From Myxococcota bacterium (GTDB lineage Bacteria; Myxococcota_A; SURF-8), in assembly GCA_963674735.2 (NCBI GenBank), contig CAXXQS010000001.1, positions 832,001 to 896,000 of the forward strand: DNA of 64,000 nt, written 5' to 3'. Under the pieces are notes generated by a model. That model was not told the DNA's origin, did no database searches, and saw only the letters and a list, made by a program, of their open reading frames with translations. Below, one piece after another: positions 31,038 through 41,339 of the stretch (its first letter is position 1; every line of letters starts with the position of its first letter). A program made the translations under genes and the position numbers.

Positions 31038-31179
31038 GTTGGTTCAGGTCTCCCGACCACAGCTGTCCGGTTAACTTTGCGCAGAATCCATGTAACCTGG
31101 TGTTGGTTCGGGTCTCCCGACCTGAACCGCAATGTTTTCCGATGAACCATATGGAGCCCGTCGGGAGACGCGCTCCAAC
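31038..31179 (+). repeat. REP-like palindromic element(s) containing an orphan IS4 end (31058-31097)
   Basis: GTTGGTTCRGGTCTCCCGACCTGAACC...GTCGGGAGAC..TCCAAC. A second copy is split by the IS (31884-31903 + 33208-33275). 31058-31097 is the reverse complement of 33168-33207. Confidence 0.85.
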
Positions 31180-31263
31180 ATAAGGGAAATCAGAATATTG
31201 ACGTGTTCATTGAATACAGACAACCAACCTATAGTTCACCTTGAGTAGAATGGAGATTTAACC

Positions 31264-31845
31264 ATGATAGATAAATACCGAATATGGTCGAAGTGGTGCT
31301 TGGTTGGTTTTGGCGTATTGATATTTGTCATAAGTACCAGATCCATAGGATATTCTGAGGAAAGAGAGGAAATTGTTGTTAAAAAAGGAGAGCTTGGAAA
31401 AGGAGGAGTGGAGTTTCATCTGATCGAAAAGAGCTTTGACCCTAAAAAGCATAAGGTCGAACGTTGTGTGGCAGGCCCCAAAAGCGATCCTTGGAAAGGT
31501 GTTTGTATTATTGATGACCAAATACCTTTTGGAAATGACTATGAAATGCCCAAGAGTTATACCGCCGAGGCATTCTTACTTACTGGGAAAAAGAAAATCC
31601 CCCTTCAAGTGACAGGGATGTTCAATCCATGGGGTGGATATGTTACCATTGAAGGAGAGGGGAATTCGTGGACAATACAGGGCATTTTCTCAGATGGAGC
31701 AGGTGCGTATTTTGTTCAGTGGTCTGTTAGAGAGGGTAGATCGATTCGAACAATCATCACAGATAATGATAGCATTTGGGCGTTATACCCAGAAACAACA
31801 AAACCGAAACAGAAAAGGGATAAACAACCTAGTAAGTCAGAATAG
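31264..31845 (+). CDS. Hypothetical exported protein, AT-rich
   Basis: GGAG RBS, N-terminal hydrophobic segment, FSDGAG motif. Visibly lower GC than its neighbours. Confidence 0.7.
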   Translation: MIDKYRIWSKWCLVGFGVLIFVISTRSIGYSEEREEIVVKKGELGKGGVEFHLIEKSFDPKKHKVERCVAGPKSDPWKGVCIIDDQIPFGNDYEMPKSYTAEAFLLTGKKKIPLQVTGMFNPWGGYVTIEGEGNSWTIQGIFSDGAGAYFVQWSVREGRSIRTIITDNDSIWALYPETTKPKQKRDKQPSKSE

Positions 31846-31903
31846 ATTATGATCCGACATCCAAACCATAGCCCATCCCCCAGGTTGGTTCAGGTCTCCC
31901 GAC

Positions 31904-33207
31904 CACAACTGTCCGGTTAACTGTTGAATAATTCCAGCTGGTTAGTGAAAGGGGCGTATTTCGCTGGGTCGCCGTTTGCGTTTAGCGCCTGTAAAATGGG
32001 GCTTTCCTCGAAAAGCGTGACGCTCAAAATCTGTAGAATCGTCATCAAACTGTGATCGAGATTCAGATCCTTTTTCAAAATCGCCACCAAAAGATAAACC
32101 GTGATCGAAATCCAGATTTGCGTTTTCACTGCATTGACGCTGGTCCCGTAAAACGCCTTGATGCGCAGATTCTGTTTGATCCATTTGAAAAAGACTTCGA
32201 TACTCCAACGCAACCGGTAGAGTTCCGGGATTGTTTCCGATGACAGATCGAAGTTGTTGGTGAGCCAGACGAAACGCGTTTTCGACTCCGGATCGGTGTA
32301 ATTGATGCGTCGCAGATGATCTGGATAGCGTTTTCTCGAATAATAATCGACAAGTGTGACGGTTTGATCCGATGTTAAGCCTAGACTTCTATCGATCTTG
32401 CGAGAATAAATGCGCTTGGTGCGGGTGTCTTTCCGCCCTCTGAGAATGAAGAACGCCCCTGCCTGATGGATTCGATATATGCGCCTGTAATCGAGGTATC
32501 CGCGATCCATAATGTAGAACGCTCCTGCTTCAAACGGCAGGATATCCAGCAGGCGTTTGTCGTGACTTTTGCCGTCCGTGATGGAAATGAACGTGGGAAT
32601 CCGTCCGCGTAAATCCATTTGAGTATGCAACCGAAGCGATCCGTATTGGCGCGTAAACTTGGCCCAGGGAAAGAGCGACAAGCTCAAGTCAATCGCGGTG
32701 GTGTCGAGCGCGTAGGCCGTGGCGTCCAGTTCGACCGCCAGTTTTTCGTCGGCGTATAGCGCGCGGGCCCGTCGAATAAGGGGCTGAGCGAGATCCGCAT
32801 AGATACGCCAGTCGCGGTGTTCGTTGGCGTCGGCGAGTGTACTGCGTGATATCTTTCCCCGGATGCCCATGCGGTAGAGCTTCGGCCCCAACGCACGCAA
32901 GGTGGCTTCAATATCCCGCAGGCTTTCACGGTAAGATAACTGCGCGAAAGCCATACAGATGAATTGATCCATGCATGAGAAGGTGTGTACACGCTTGTCT
33001 CCCTGATAGCGTTTGACACAACGCCGGAAATGACGATCCGGCAGATAATCAAGCGCCTGAGAAAAAACAGTCCGTGGCATGACGATCTCCTACATCCTGA
33101 AGAAAGGTGATGCGGAAAATCTATCGCGGACAGCCGCCAACGCACAATTATATATGTGATATTATGGGGTTACATGGATTCTGCGCAAAGTTAACCGGAC
33201 AGCTGTG
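31904..33207 (-). mobile_element. IS4-family insertion sequence (1304 bp)
   Basis: TIRs CACAACTGTCCGGTTAAC / GTTAACCGGACAGCTGTG; 10-bp TSD GTCTCCCGAC at 31894-31903 and 33208-33217. Confidence 0.93.
31917..33080 (-). CDS. IS4-family DDE transposase (DUF4372 N-terminus)
   Basis: AFAQL..RESLRDI, DTT, DRGY and YRLRWSIEVFFKWIKQ (YREK motif). Confidence 0.95.
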   Translation of the reverse strand: MPRTVFSQALDYLPDRHFRRCVKRYQGDKRVHTFSCMDQFICMAFAQLSYRESLRDIEATLRALGPKLYRMGIRGKISRSTLADANEHRDWRIYADLAQPLIRRARALYADEKLAVELDATAYALDTTAIDLSLSLFPWAKFTRQYGSLRLHTQMDLRGRIPTFISITDGKSHDKRLLDILPFEAGAFYIMDRGYLDYRRIYRIHQAGAFFILRGRKDTRTKRIYSRKIDRSLGLTSDQTVTLVDYYSRKRYPDHLRRINYTDPESKTRFVWLTNNFDLSSETIPELYRLRWSIEVFFKWIKQNLRIKAFYGTSVNAVKTQIWISITVYLLVAILKKDLNLDHSLMTILQILSVTLFEESPILQALNANGDPAKYAPFTNQLELFNS

Positions 33208-33349
33208 GTCTCCCGACCTGAACCGCAATGTTTTCCGATGAACCATATGGAGCCCGTCGGGAGACCGATTCCAACATAAGAAACATTTCAACCTGGAGTG
33301 ACGGACGGCCTCAAAGGAGTAAACGATGCATCCCATTCAAAAAGTGGTG

Positions 33350-34153
33350 CTAGCGCTTCTCAAGCGTGATGGCCGGGATGGGCATGTGTTGCTTGGCAAT
33401 GCTGAGGCAGGTAGAGGCCCCGAGCTGGTCGAGGGTCAGACGCATGTTTTCCGCCGCCGCTTCGGGCGTGTTGTTCTTCTCCGACAGATGAGCCAGCACC
33501 AGGTGGCGCAGGCCCGGATGCATCAAGCGTTCGACCAGCTTGGATGTCTGGCGATTGGATAAATGCCCAAGGTCCGATCCGACGCGTTTTTTGAGCATCC
33601 ACGGATAAGGACCGGTCCACAGCATGCGTTCGTCGTGGTTGGACTCCAACACCAGCAGATCCGATCCCGAAAGCGCGTTTTCCACCGACTCGGTGACGAT
33701 CCCCAGATCGGTGGCCAGACCCACTTTGAGCCCTGCAATTTCGAAGGTAAACGCCACCGGGTCGCAGGTGTCGTGGGAAATCCGAAAAGGGCTGACGCAA
33801 ATGCCGTGCAGATCGAAGGCTTGCGCGGGATCGAAGGGCGTGATGGGGTAGGGGCGCGCTTCACGGGCCAAAAGCGCCGCGCCGGTTCGCTGGGCGGCGT
33901 AAACCGGTGTGCCGTAGCGCCGCGCAAACACCGACACGCCCCGGATGTGGTCCGAATGTTCGTGCGTAATCAGCAGCGCGTCGATTTTAGCGGGGTCGAG
34001 TGCCGCATAGCGCAGCCGTTTCTCCAATTCCTTGCACGATAACCCGGCGTCCACCAAAAGGCGTACCGAGCCGGTATCGAGCACAAGCGCGTTGCCTTTG
34101 CTGCCCGAGGCGAGGATTTGGATGCGCAAGTCGGCGTTTGAGGCGTGTGTCAC
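33350..34153 (-). CDS. MBL-fold metallo-hydrolase (YycJ/WalJ-like exonuclease)
   Basis: LASGSKGN, THEHSDH, SHD, TDLG, LESNHD, GPYPW, GHLSN, HLSEKNN. Confidence 0.9.
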   Translation of the reverse strand: MTHASNADLRIQILASGSKGNALVLDTGSVRLLVDAGLSCKELEKRLRYAALDPAKIDALLITHEHSDHIRGVSVFARRYGTPVYAAQRTGAALLAREARPYPITPFDPAQAFDLHGICVSPFRISHDTCDPVAFTFEIAGLKVGLATDLGIVTESVENALSGSDLLVLESNHDERMLWTGPYPWMLKKRVGSDLGHLSNRQTSKLVERLMHPGLRHLVLAHLSEKNNTPEAAAENMRLTLDQLGASTCLSIAKQHMPIPAITLEKR

Positions 34154-34686
34154 TGGATATAAGCGGATTGAAGCGACTTGAGATAGCGGTTCAACTCCTC
34201 ATCCGTGTTTTGGTCGAGGTTCTTCAAGTTGCTGAAAAGAGAGATATAATTCTTCGATAAGGCGTCGAGTTGGGAATAGGCCGTGATCAACTCCCGTTCG
34301 TATTTGTTTTGTGTGGCGGTTTGGCTCAGAAATTTATAATGGGCTTTGTAGGTGCGGAAGTCCTTGCGCCAGTCTTTCATCCAGCGTCCCCACATTTCCA
34401 TCGAAACTTTGGGATCTTGCCGATATCGCTTGAGCAGGCGATCGACATTGAAACGTAGTTCGCGGTTGAAGTGACGAATGCCCTCCAGGCAGATCAGGGC
34501 CTCGGCGGAATCGTTGACGTGTTCGTATTCCTGTTGCGGGATGATGTTGCGGCGTCCGGCTTCCCAGAAAATGCTGTAACCGACGGAGCCGGCGACGCTG
34601 ATAATGATCCAGCCGAGTGTAATCCCGATAGACAGGTATACAAACAGCCGTGAATACGGATAAATCTTCTTCTGCGGCTCAGCCAC
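34150..34686 (-). CDS. Hypothetical membrane-anchored protein
   Basis: GTG start after AAGGAGG, one N-terminal TM segment, GTGA coupling to the MBL gene. Confidence 0.7.
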   Translation of the reverse strand: MAEPQKKIYPYSRLFVYLSIGITLGWIIISVAGSVGYSIFWEAGRRNIIPQQEYEHVNDSAEALICLEGIRHFNRELRFNVDRLLKRYRQDPKVSMEMWGRWMKDWRKDFRTYKAHYKFLSQTATQNKYERELITAYSQLDALSKNYISLFSNLKNLDQNTDEELNRYLKSLQSAYIQ

Positions 34687-34751
34687 CGTCGCCTCCTTCA
34701 ATACCGGAATCGCTGCTGCGCAGGGTAGCAAGCGTCAGGGGCAAAGTCAAG

Positions 34752-35249
34752 CTAGCGAAAATCGCGAAAAACGACTACGCTGCCCGGTACGATTCCGTGG
34801 CGTGCCACGTCGCCGGCGTTGACCTCCAGTCCGTAATGGGCGGGTTTGTCGATGAACAACGAGGTGGTGTCGTGTGGGCGGGCATTTTCGACGGCGCCCA
34901 CCACGTGCAAATCGGCGCTGATGAACAGGATGTCGAGCGGGATGTAGGTATCCTTCATCCAGAAGCGCTGATAGGTTTCGGATGGGAAGAGAAACAGCAT
35001 GCCCGCATCCGGTGCCAGCTCACGACGATGCATGAGTCCGACCGCCCGCTCGGCCTGCGTGGCCGCCACCTCGACCCGATACACGATGCGTCGTCCCTCG
35101 GGGTTGAGGATTTCAACGGTCGGTACGGGTGACGGAGCGTCGGCGAGAGCGGTGGGGTCGCCGTCGGGATCGGTGTCGGGGGAGGAACGGCAGGCCGTTA
35201 GAACGAACAGGCCGAACACGAAAACAGTGAGTAAGCGAAAATGAATCAC
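34752..35249 (-). CDS. DUF192 family lipoprotein
   Basis: LTAC lipobox, VEVA..GLMHR..GMLFLF..FWMKDTYIPLDILF, LEVNAG. Confidence 0.9.
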   Translation of the reverse strand: MIHFRLLTVFVFGLFVLTACRSSPDTDPDGDPTALADAPSPVPTVEILNPEGRRIVYRVEVAATQAERAVGLMHRRELAPDAGMLFLFPSETYQRFWMKDTYIPLDILFISADLHVVGAVENARPHDTTSLFIDKPAHYGLEVNAGDVARHGIVPGSVVVFRDFR

Positions 35250-35383
35250 GGCAGGTTCCCGGTCGTTATGTCTTTACGGATTTTATAACGGATATAGGCG
35301 GCGGCTGCAATCCCGATGTCTGAAAACAATGATGGAATGCGAATGCTTGCAGCTTTCACCCCCAAGCCCATCCCCGCCGCTTG

Positions 35384-36565
35384 TCAGGGGCCGCTCAAGA
35401 CGGCGGCTCGGACGGAAATCGTCTCGTATTCGCCATTCGGGCGCGGGGCGGCCAAGCTGACGATAATGGACAATTCGTCTTGGATCTTGTCTGCAATCGA
35501 TTCAAAGCGCAAGCTGCCGCTTCGGAAAGCCCCGGACTTCAATGTGAGGGTCACTTCCTTGCTTTCCAAAACGCGGTTGCCGTCCGCCACCAGACTGGCC
35601 AGCAGCTTGATTTCGGCGTCGTTGTTTTCAGGCGCGGCCAGGCGATAGCGCAGACGCGGGTTGGATCCGGCCCATTCGGCCAGCCAATAGATGAGATGCG
35701 GCTCTTTGGGCTGCTGAATCCGCTCTGAACGGGCGTATTTAAGGTTTTTCATCGCTTCGGTCGTGAGCGTCTTCAGGTAGTCGTCGGCGGCCAAAAAGGC
35801 GCGTGCACCGGGATGCTCGGGCGAATTTTTCAGAACCTCCAGCATCGCTTCCTTGGCTTTTTCCTTGTGACCCATTTCATGGTAAGCCAGAGCTTTGAAG
35901 TAAATCGCTTTGATGAACAGGGGATCGAGTTTAATGGCTTGATCGTAGTCCTCGATCGCCTTGATGAAATCCTTGTCTTTCTGGGCCTTCAACGCTCCTT
36001 GAAGAAAGCGCAGACCGACGCTGTCGGGGTTCAGCGCCTTCACCAGCATGACCTGATCGGTGGCCTGCTCGAAATCGCCCATGACGCGGTAATAATCGGC
36101 CAGGACGCGGTGGGTGATGTATTCTTTGGGGTAATAGCGGCGCAGGGTGTTGGACAGGCGGCGGGCGCTTTCGAGGACTTCGTCGAGTTGTACGAGCCGG
36201 TAGTTGACCATATTGGAGAGGGCGGCCAGTTCTTTTTCGTTGTCGGCCGCTCTGAGCGCCGCCATTTTCAGGCGCATGAAATCGACTTCGCTTTTAAGCT
36301 GTTCGGCCCAGCAGATGTAAAGTTGAGCCAACCAGCCGGAAAGCTGCACGTCTTCGGTTTTGAAAACACGCAAGGCCAAAAACTGAAACTCGGCCCGGTC
36401 GAATTCGCGGAAGTTATCCATGCGAACCATGTGTTTGGCCGAGGATAAAAGCTTGTCGGAGGAGTAATGCTGAACGTCCGCCGAGCGTTTCCCGGCGCAG
36501 CCGCCCAAAACAGACAGAGCCAACCCGAAAGCCGCTATCAGTGCGAGATAACCAAGGTGGTGCAT
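35384..36565 (-). CDS. TPR-repeat lipoprotein
   Basis: LGGC lipobox and AIEDYDQAIKLDP TPR. Start uncertain (ORF open to 36712). Confidence 0.75.
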   Translation of the reverse strand: MHHLGYLALIAAFGLALSVLGGCAGKRSADVQHYSSDKLLSSAKHMVRMDNFREFDRAEFQFLALRVFKTEDVQLSGWLAQLYICWAEQLKSEVDFMRLKMAALRAADNEKELAALSNMVNYRLVQLDEVLESARRLSNTLRRYYPKEYITHRVLADYYRVMGDFEQATDQVMLVKALNPDSVGLRFLQGALKAQKDKDFIKAIEDYDQAIKLDPLFIKAIYFKALAYHEMGHKEKAKEAMLEVLKNSPEHPGARAFLAADDYLKTLTTEAMKNLKYARSERIQQPKEPHLIYWLAEWAGSNPRLRYRLAAPENNDAEIKLLASLVADGNRVLESKEVTLTLKSGAFRSGSLRFESIADKIQDELSIIVSLAAPRPNGEYETISVRAAVLSGP

Positions 36566-36861
36566 CCATCCATTTGCATGCCGAGATTGTAGCCGGTCCA
36601 CTTCGTCCTCCTGACTGCTTACGAAAGCGATTCCTGTCATTTTCCGGTCTTGCGTCCGGTCATCCCCTCGAATGTGGTGTTCGCGGCTGCAGTATACCTC
36701 AACCGTGGCCACCTCAACAAGTATGATCGGCGAAAAGACACAAAGGTTTATGTTTCAGAGATGAAAATACGGAAGATGTGTGTTGCGTGGTTGCAGGTGA
36801 GGCCATCCATCGCTACAATACGCGGCACCCGATGAAATTTCGGGATTGAGAGGAGGCCGTC

Positions 36862-37620
36862 ATGGCATTGGTGGACACCCATTGCCACTTGGATTTTCCG
36901 CCTTTGTCGGAAGACCGGGATGGCGTGATCGCGCGCGCCCGGGCGCGGGGAGTGACGCGCATCGTGCATCCCGCCTACGATCGCGCATCCTGGAATCATA
37001 TCGAGCATCTGGCGCGGCGTCCCGAGGTGTTTCCGGCCTTCGGCTGGCACCCGTGGGTGGTCGATGAGAAGGTGGATCGGGAGGAGTTGACGAACTGGTG
37101 TCGTCGCTGTGGGGCGGTTGCCATCGGCGAAATCGGCTTGGATTTCAAGGTGCCCGATGCCGACCGGGAACGCCAGATCGAGGTGTTTCGGATGCAGCTC
37201 GCTGTGGCGGTCGAATTGGACCTGCCAGTGTTGTTACACAATCGAGGGGCATTTGAAGAAATGCTAGATATAATAGGCGAATACAATGGAATAGTTAAAG
37301 GAATCCTTCACGCTTATTCGCGTGGCCCGGAGTTGGCTTCACGCTTTTTGGACCTCGGCTTGTACCTGGCTTTCGGTGGGGCACTGACGCGCTCCAATGC
37401 CAAGCGCGCCCATCGTTCGGCGCGGATGGTTCCTCCCGAGCGCCTGCTGCTCGAAACCGACGCTCCGGCCATTGCGCTGGAAGGGGTTCCCGCCGAGAAG
37501 GTGGAGCCGGGACATGTGCGGGATATTCTGAGCTGTCTGGCGGAGTTGCGCGATGAATCGGAAGCGCAGCTTGAAGAAATCACGACGCGAAATGCGCGGC
37601 ATTTATTGAATTTGGAGTAG
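36862..37620 (+). CDS. tatD: TatD family nuclease
   Basis: DTHCHL, GWHP, IGEIGLDF, LH, LLLETDAP. Confidence 0.92.
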   Translation: MALVDTHCHLDFPPLSEDRDGVIARARARGVTRIVHPAYDRASWNHIEHLARRPEVFPAFGWHPWVVDEKVDREELTNWCRRCGAVAIGEIGLDFKVPDADRERQIEVFRMQLAVAVELDLPVLLHNRGAFEEMLDIIGEYNGIVKGILHAYSRGPELASRFLDLGLYLAFGGALTRSNAKRAHRSARMVPPERLLLETDAPAIALEGVPAEKVEPGHVRDILSCLAELRDESEAQLEEITTRNARHLLNLE

Positions 37621-37625
37621 AGGGA

Positions 37626-38492
37626 ATGACCTCATTCGAACGGAAACCGAAGACGGACGGCGAAAGCTCAGACAAAGCCGGACTCGATGCGTTATCCGAG
37701 ATCCCGCCGAATCACGCGGCCATGTTCAACCGTGTGGTGGATTTCGTGGGAAGTGCGGGGTTGGCGAAATTGCAGGACTCTTTCGTCGTGGTGGTGGGTC
37801 TGGGCGGTGTGGGCAGTCATGCCGCGATGGCCCTGGCGCGTAGCGGCGTGGGACGGATGCGGGTGATCGACAGCGACCGCGTGACGCCATCGAGTTTGAA
37901 TCGGAATGCGGTGGCCTCCTGGACGGATGTGGACAAATCCAAGGTGGAAGTGATGGCTCGCCATCTGCGGGCGGTCAATCCGCTGATACAAGTAGAGGCG
38001 GTGGAAGCCTTTTTCGCCGAGGAAAGGGCTAATGAACTGTTGGCCGGAGAACCGGATTTCGTCGTGGATGCCATCGACAGTCTTCACCCGAAGGTGACGC
38101 TTCTTCGTTATTGTGTCGAGCGGGAAATACGGGTCGTCAGCAGTATGGGGGCATCGTCTCATTGCGACCCCAGTTTCATGGAGATCGACGACATCGGGCG
38201 GACGCGCATGTGTCCGCTGGCGCGGGCGGTACGGCGGCGTTTGTCACGGTTGGGGATTCACTCAGGAATTACAGCCATTTACTCGACGGAACCAGCCGGA
38301 CGGACCTTGCCGCCCGACGAGACGGATCCGGACAAGGAAAACTGGCGTGGACGAGAGCGGCGACGCTTGCCCAGTTTAGCTGTGGTTCCGGGTATTTTCG
38401 GCTATGCCGCCGCTGGGGTGGCGCTTATGGAACTGGCGGGTTACGATCCGGCGAATCCGCCGACGGATGATAGTTGTTCTGCGGTCGAGTGA
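37626..38492 (+). CDS. tcdA: tRNA threonylcarbamoyladenosine dehydratase (ThiF family)
   Basis: GLGGVGS, LARSGVG, SSLNR, VVDAIDS, SSMGA, CPLARAVR, YSTE. Confidence 0.85.
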   Translation: MTSFERKPKTDGESSDKAGLDALSEIPPNHAAMFNRVVDFVGSAGLAKLQDSFVVVVGLGGVGSHAAMALARSGVGRMRVIDSDRVTPSSLNRNAVASWTDVDKSKVEVMARHLRAVNPLIQVEAVEAFFAEERANELLAGEPDFVVDAIDSLHPKVTLLRYCVEREIRVVSSMGASSHCDPSFMEIDDIGRTRMCPLARAVRRRLSRLGIHSGITAIYSTEPAGRTLPPDETDPDKENWRGRERRRLPSLAVVPGIFGYAAAGVALMELAGYDPANPPTDDSCSAVE

Positions 38493-38563
38493 CGTCCTTT
38501 GCAACTGCGTTCGACTGTGCTAAGTTACGATGTTCCTGATCTCTGGCTTGGAAAGGATCGTCC

Positions 38564-40444
38564 ATGAAGGTTTCGAAATCTGCAGTTTGCATGTGGGTCG
38601 TTTTGGTTGCTTTTCTGCTGGTTGCCTGCGGCGAGACGGGAGAAGATGATGCGGTCGATGGAGACCAACCCGATGGGGATATCCCCGATGGCGACGATCC
38701 CGATGGCGACGATCCCGACGGTGACGAGACCGACGGTGACGATCTCGATGGCGACGAGCCCGACGGTGACGAGCCCGATGGCGACGAGCCGGATGGGGAT
38801 GATCCCGCTCCACTCGATTTCGAAGCGGGATTTGTTGAACTTGAACCGGTCGATTTTGCTTTTCTCCGCAACAGCTATCGCCTGGAACTGACGTCGTCGC
38901 CCGCGCGCATGTGGTACGCCTTTCATCCGGCGGATGAAGCACCCGAAGATAAACCGCTGATGATCTTCTTCAACGGTGGACCGGGATCGTCGACGGGCAT
39001 CCTGTTCGGATTCAACACGGCGAAATACACCTTGGATCCGGTGTTCAGCGGTGGGGATCCGGTGGGGGAAAATCCGCATTCCTGGACGGAATTGGCCAAT
39101 CTGCTGTACGTCGATGCGCGCCAGACCGGTTTTTCGTACACGATGACGGAGAACGTGGAAGACGAAGAAACGCGAGTGGACGAATTTACCGCCAAGAATT
39201 TCAATTGCCTGCTTGATGGCGCGGATTTCGTGCGCGTGCTGCTGCGCTTCGTGGCTCGGCACCCGGCCTTGCAGGACAACAAACTGATTCTGGTCGGCGA
39301 AAGCTACGGCGGTATTCGAGCGACGGTGATGCTGAACCTGCTGTTGAAGTACACTGATTACGCTGGGGTTAATGTTTATGAAGATTTGGCCCTGGTGGAC
39401 GAAATCCAGACGCATTACGATGCTGTTTTTCCCGAGTATGCCGGGCAGCAGGTGCCACCGCAAGTCGTGGCCGAGCAGTTCAGCCATCAAGTGTTGGTGC
39501 AGCCGCTTTTAAGCGGTGAGTATCAGGATTATCAAGCGGGCCAACTGTGGGATGCGCCGGGGTCGCCGATGTACGATATCGCGACCGAAGAGGGGTTGAC
39601 CTTTATTCCCTGCTCCGATCTGGGGTCCGATTGCAATCCTTACAATAACGGCCTGGAGTTTGCCTGGTACACAGCCGAACGCGACGCTTACAATTACAGC
39701 AAGCCGGATGGCTGGATGGACGATGTGATCGACGCCAGTCTGCCGAATATCGTAAAGGTACAACATCTAGCAGATATCACGGGCTACGATGTCACGCAAA
39801 TCGAGGAAATGTATGCGGAAAATCGTGAGGACGCCTATCGCTACGGCCGCACCGATGGTCCTGTCAATTTCTCGTTATCGCCCGAAAAAACATGGGCGGC
39901 GCTTCCGCTGATGGAACGGATGCATCGCGAAAAACGCGCGCAGCGGCCGAATTTCAAAGCCGATTACCGGGGAGACATGGCGGATACATTCGGGGCGGTC
40001 AAAGCCTGGGATCGCTATTACCTGTCGCTAAATGAAGTGGTCAACCGGACTTTTTACCTCAACGAAGCGCTGAGTTTCGATATCGATCCGTTTCAAATGC
40101 GCTATGGCGAAATGTTCCTTGAAAACCTCGTCTATGTCGAAAGTTTCATCACGCATGCGGCATATGATCTGGTGATCTATGGACCGGCGATTCCACCGGC
40201 TTTGGCGATGCACGACGATTTGGTGGTGAGCACCGAACACGAGACCACGGCCCGTGACGGTGTCGAGCGGCCCGGCTGGTTTACCGTCCACTACAAGGAA
40301 GACGCCTTTAGCGGACTCGACGGCGCTGAAAGCCGGACGGTGCGCTTCCCGCTCTATACGGATAGCTGCCACGCTGTGGAAATCACCGAGCCCGAAGCCC
40401 TTCTGGATGACGTGCGCGAGTGGCTGTCGCAGACGGACGAGTAG
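38564..40444 (+). CDS. Peptidase S10 (serine carboxypeptidase) lipoprotein with DGD linker
   Basis: LVAC lipobox, FFNGGPGSS, NPHSW..ANLLYVD..TGFSY, GESYGG nucleophile elbow, C-terminal His. Confidence 0.88.
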   Translation: MKVSKSAVCMWVVLVAFLLVACGETGEDDAVDGDQPDGDIPDGDDPDGDDPDGDETDGDDLDGDEPDGDEPDGDEPDGDDPAPLDFEAGFVELEPVDFAFLRNSYRLELTSSPARMWYAFHPADEAPEDKPLMIFFNGGPGSSTGILFGFNTAKYTLDPVFSGGDPVGENPHSWTELANLLYVDARQTGFSYTMTENVEDEETRVDEFTAKNFNCLLDGADFVRVLLRFVARHPALQDNKLILVGESYGGIRATVMLNLLLKYTDYAGVNVYEDLALVDEIQTHYDAVFPEYAGQQVPPQVVAEQFSHQVLVQPLLSGEYQDYQAGQLWDAPGSPMYDIATEEGLTFIPCSDLGSDCNPYNNGLEFAWYTAERDAYNYSKPDGWMDDVIDASLPNIVKVQHLADITGYDVTQIEEMYAENREDAYRYGRTDGPVNFSLSPEKTWAALPLMERMHREKRAQRPNFKADYRGDMADTFGAVKAWDRYYLSLNEVVNRTFYLNEALSFDIDPFQMRYGEMFLENLVYVESFITHAAYDLVIYGPAIPPALAMHDDLVVSTEHETTARDGVERPGWFTVHYKEDAFSGLDGAESRTVRFPLYTDSCHAVEITEPEALLDDVREWLSQTDE

Positions 40445-41339
40445 AAATCTGCGCCGATCCTGAAAAATCCGCTCCAAGGTCCGGTGGCTTGCCGGGACTT
40501 CTTGGCTGTGCCTGAAATACGGATTGGTTTCCGCACGATGTGATTGGATTCACTCGACTATTTATTGCAAAAGCCTCCCTTGTCGATCGCGTTGGCGACT
40601 TTACTTCTTCTAACCGAATTTTAAATACACGTTGGGGCTGGATTCGTGTATGATACTTCGCCAAAATGACGATCTGGCGGGGAGGGAGTGTCTACCGAAA
40701 CGAAAGGCGCGGATTTTCGCGAATGTTTGCAATAACCCCCATGTTTTCTTCGACGGATAAACAAGAACGGCCGATCACCGATCGGCAGTGACAAAAATCC
40801 TTGTGAGCGGTGTTGATTCTCAGAAGGTATCATGTGAAGGATGTGGGAAATGAGCCAGATGGAGAATGATCGCAAAAATCGTCCCGACTCCCTTGAGGCA
40901 GTCCGGGGAAGCGTGGCCGACAAAGAAAATGAAAAGGTTCGGAGCGTTGGGCAACTGCCGTTCGGACGATTTTTCACGGCGATGATTTCGGAGAGTCGGT
41001 CAGGTACCGAAAAAAATGGAGAATCATCCGTGAATATGCGCAACGACAGGCTTCCGGCGGTTGAAACTTCGGATGCCGAATCCGAGGCTGAGTCAGAATG
41101 TGCTATCTCATTTCAACACAAAAGCGAAAAAAACAAGTGAATTCCGTTCATTAAGATTCTCAGTATACCAAAATGGTAAAAATAAGTTGTCTCTTTTCAG
41201 TAAAAGCAGCTATCCGCTAAAGGCTCATAACTGCATGAAAATAAAGGATAATAATTGTTTTAAACGAGTTGGCGCGAACTTTGCTATATGACAGAGCCCG
41301 TAGCGAGACGACACGGAAGTAGAGAACCTGGAGGAAGTG

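Noticed and set aside
31038-31903. Integron cassette with attC sites
   Set aside because: The palindromes run GTTG...CAAC, the reverse of attC (RYYYAAC...GTTRRRY), and there is no IntI.
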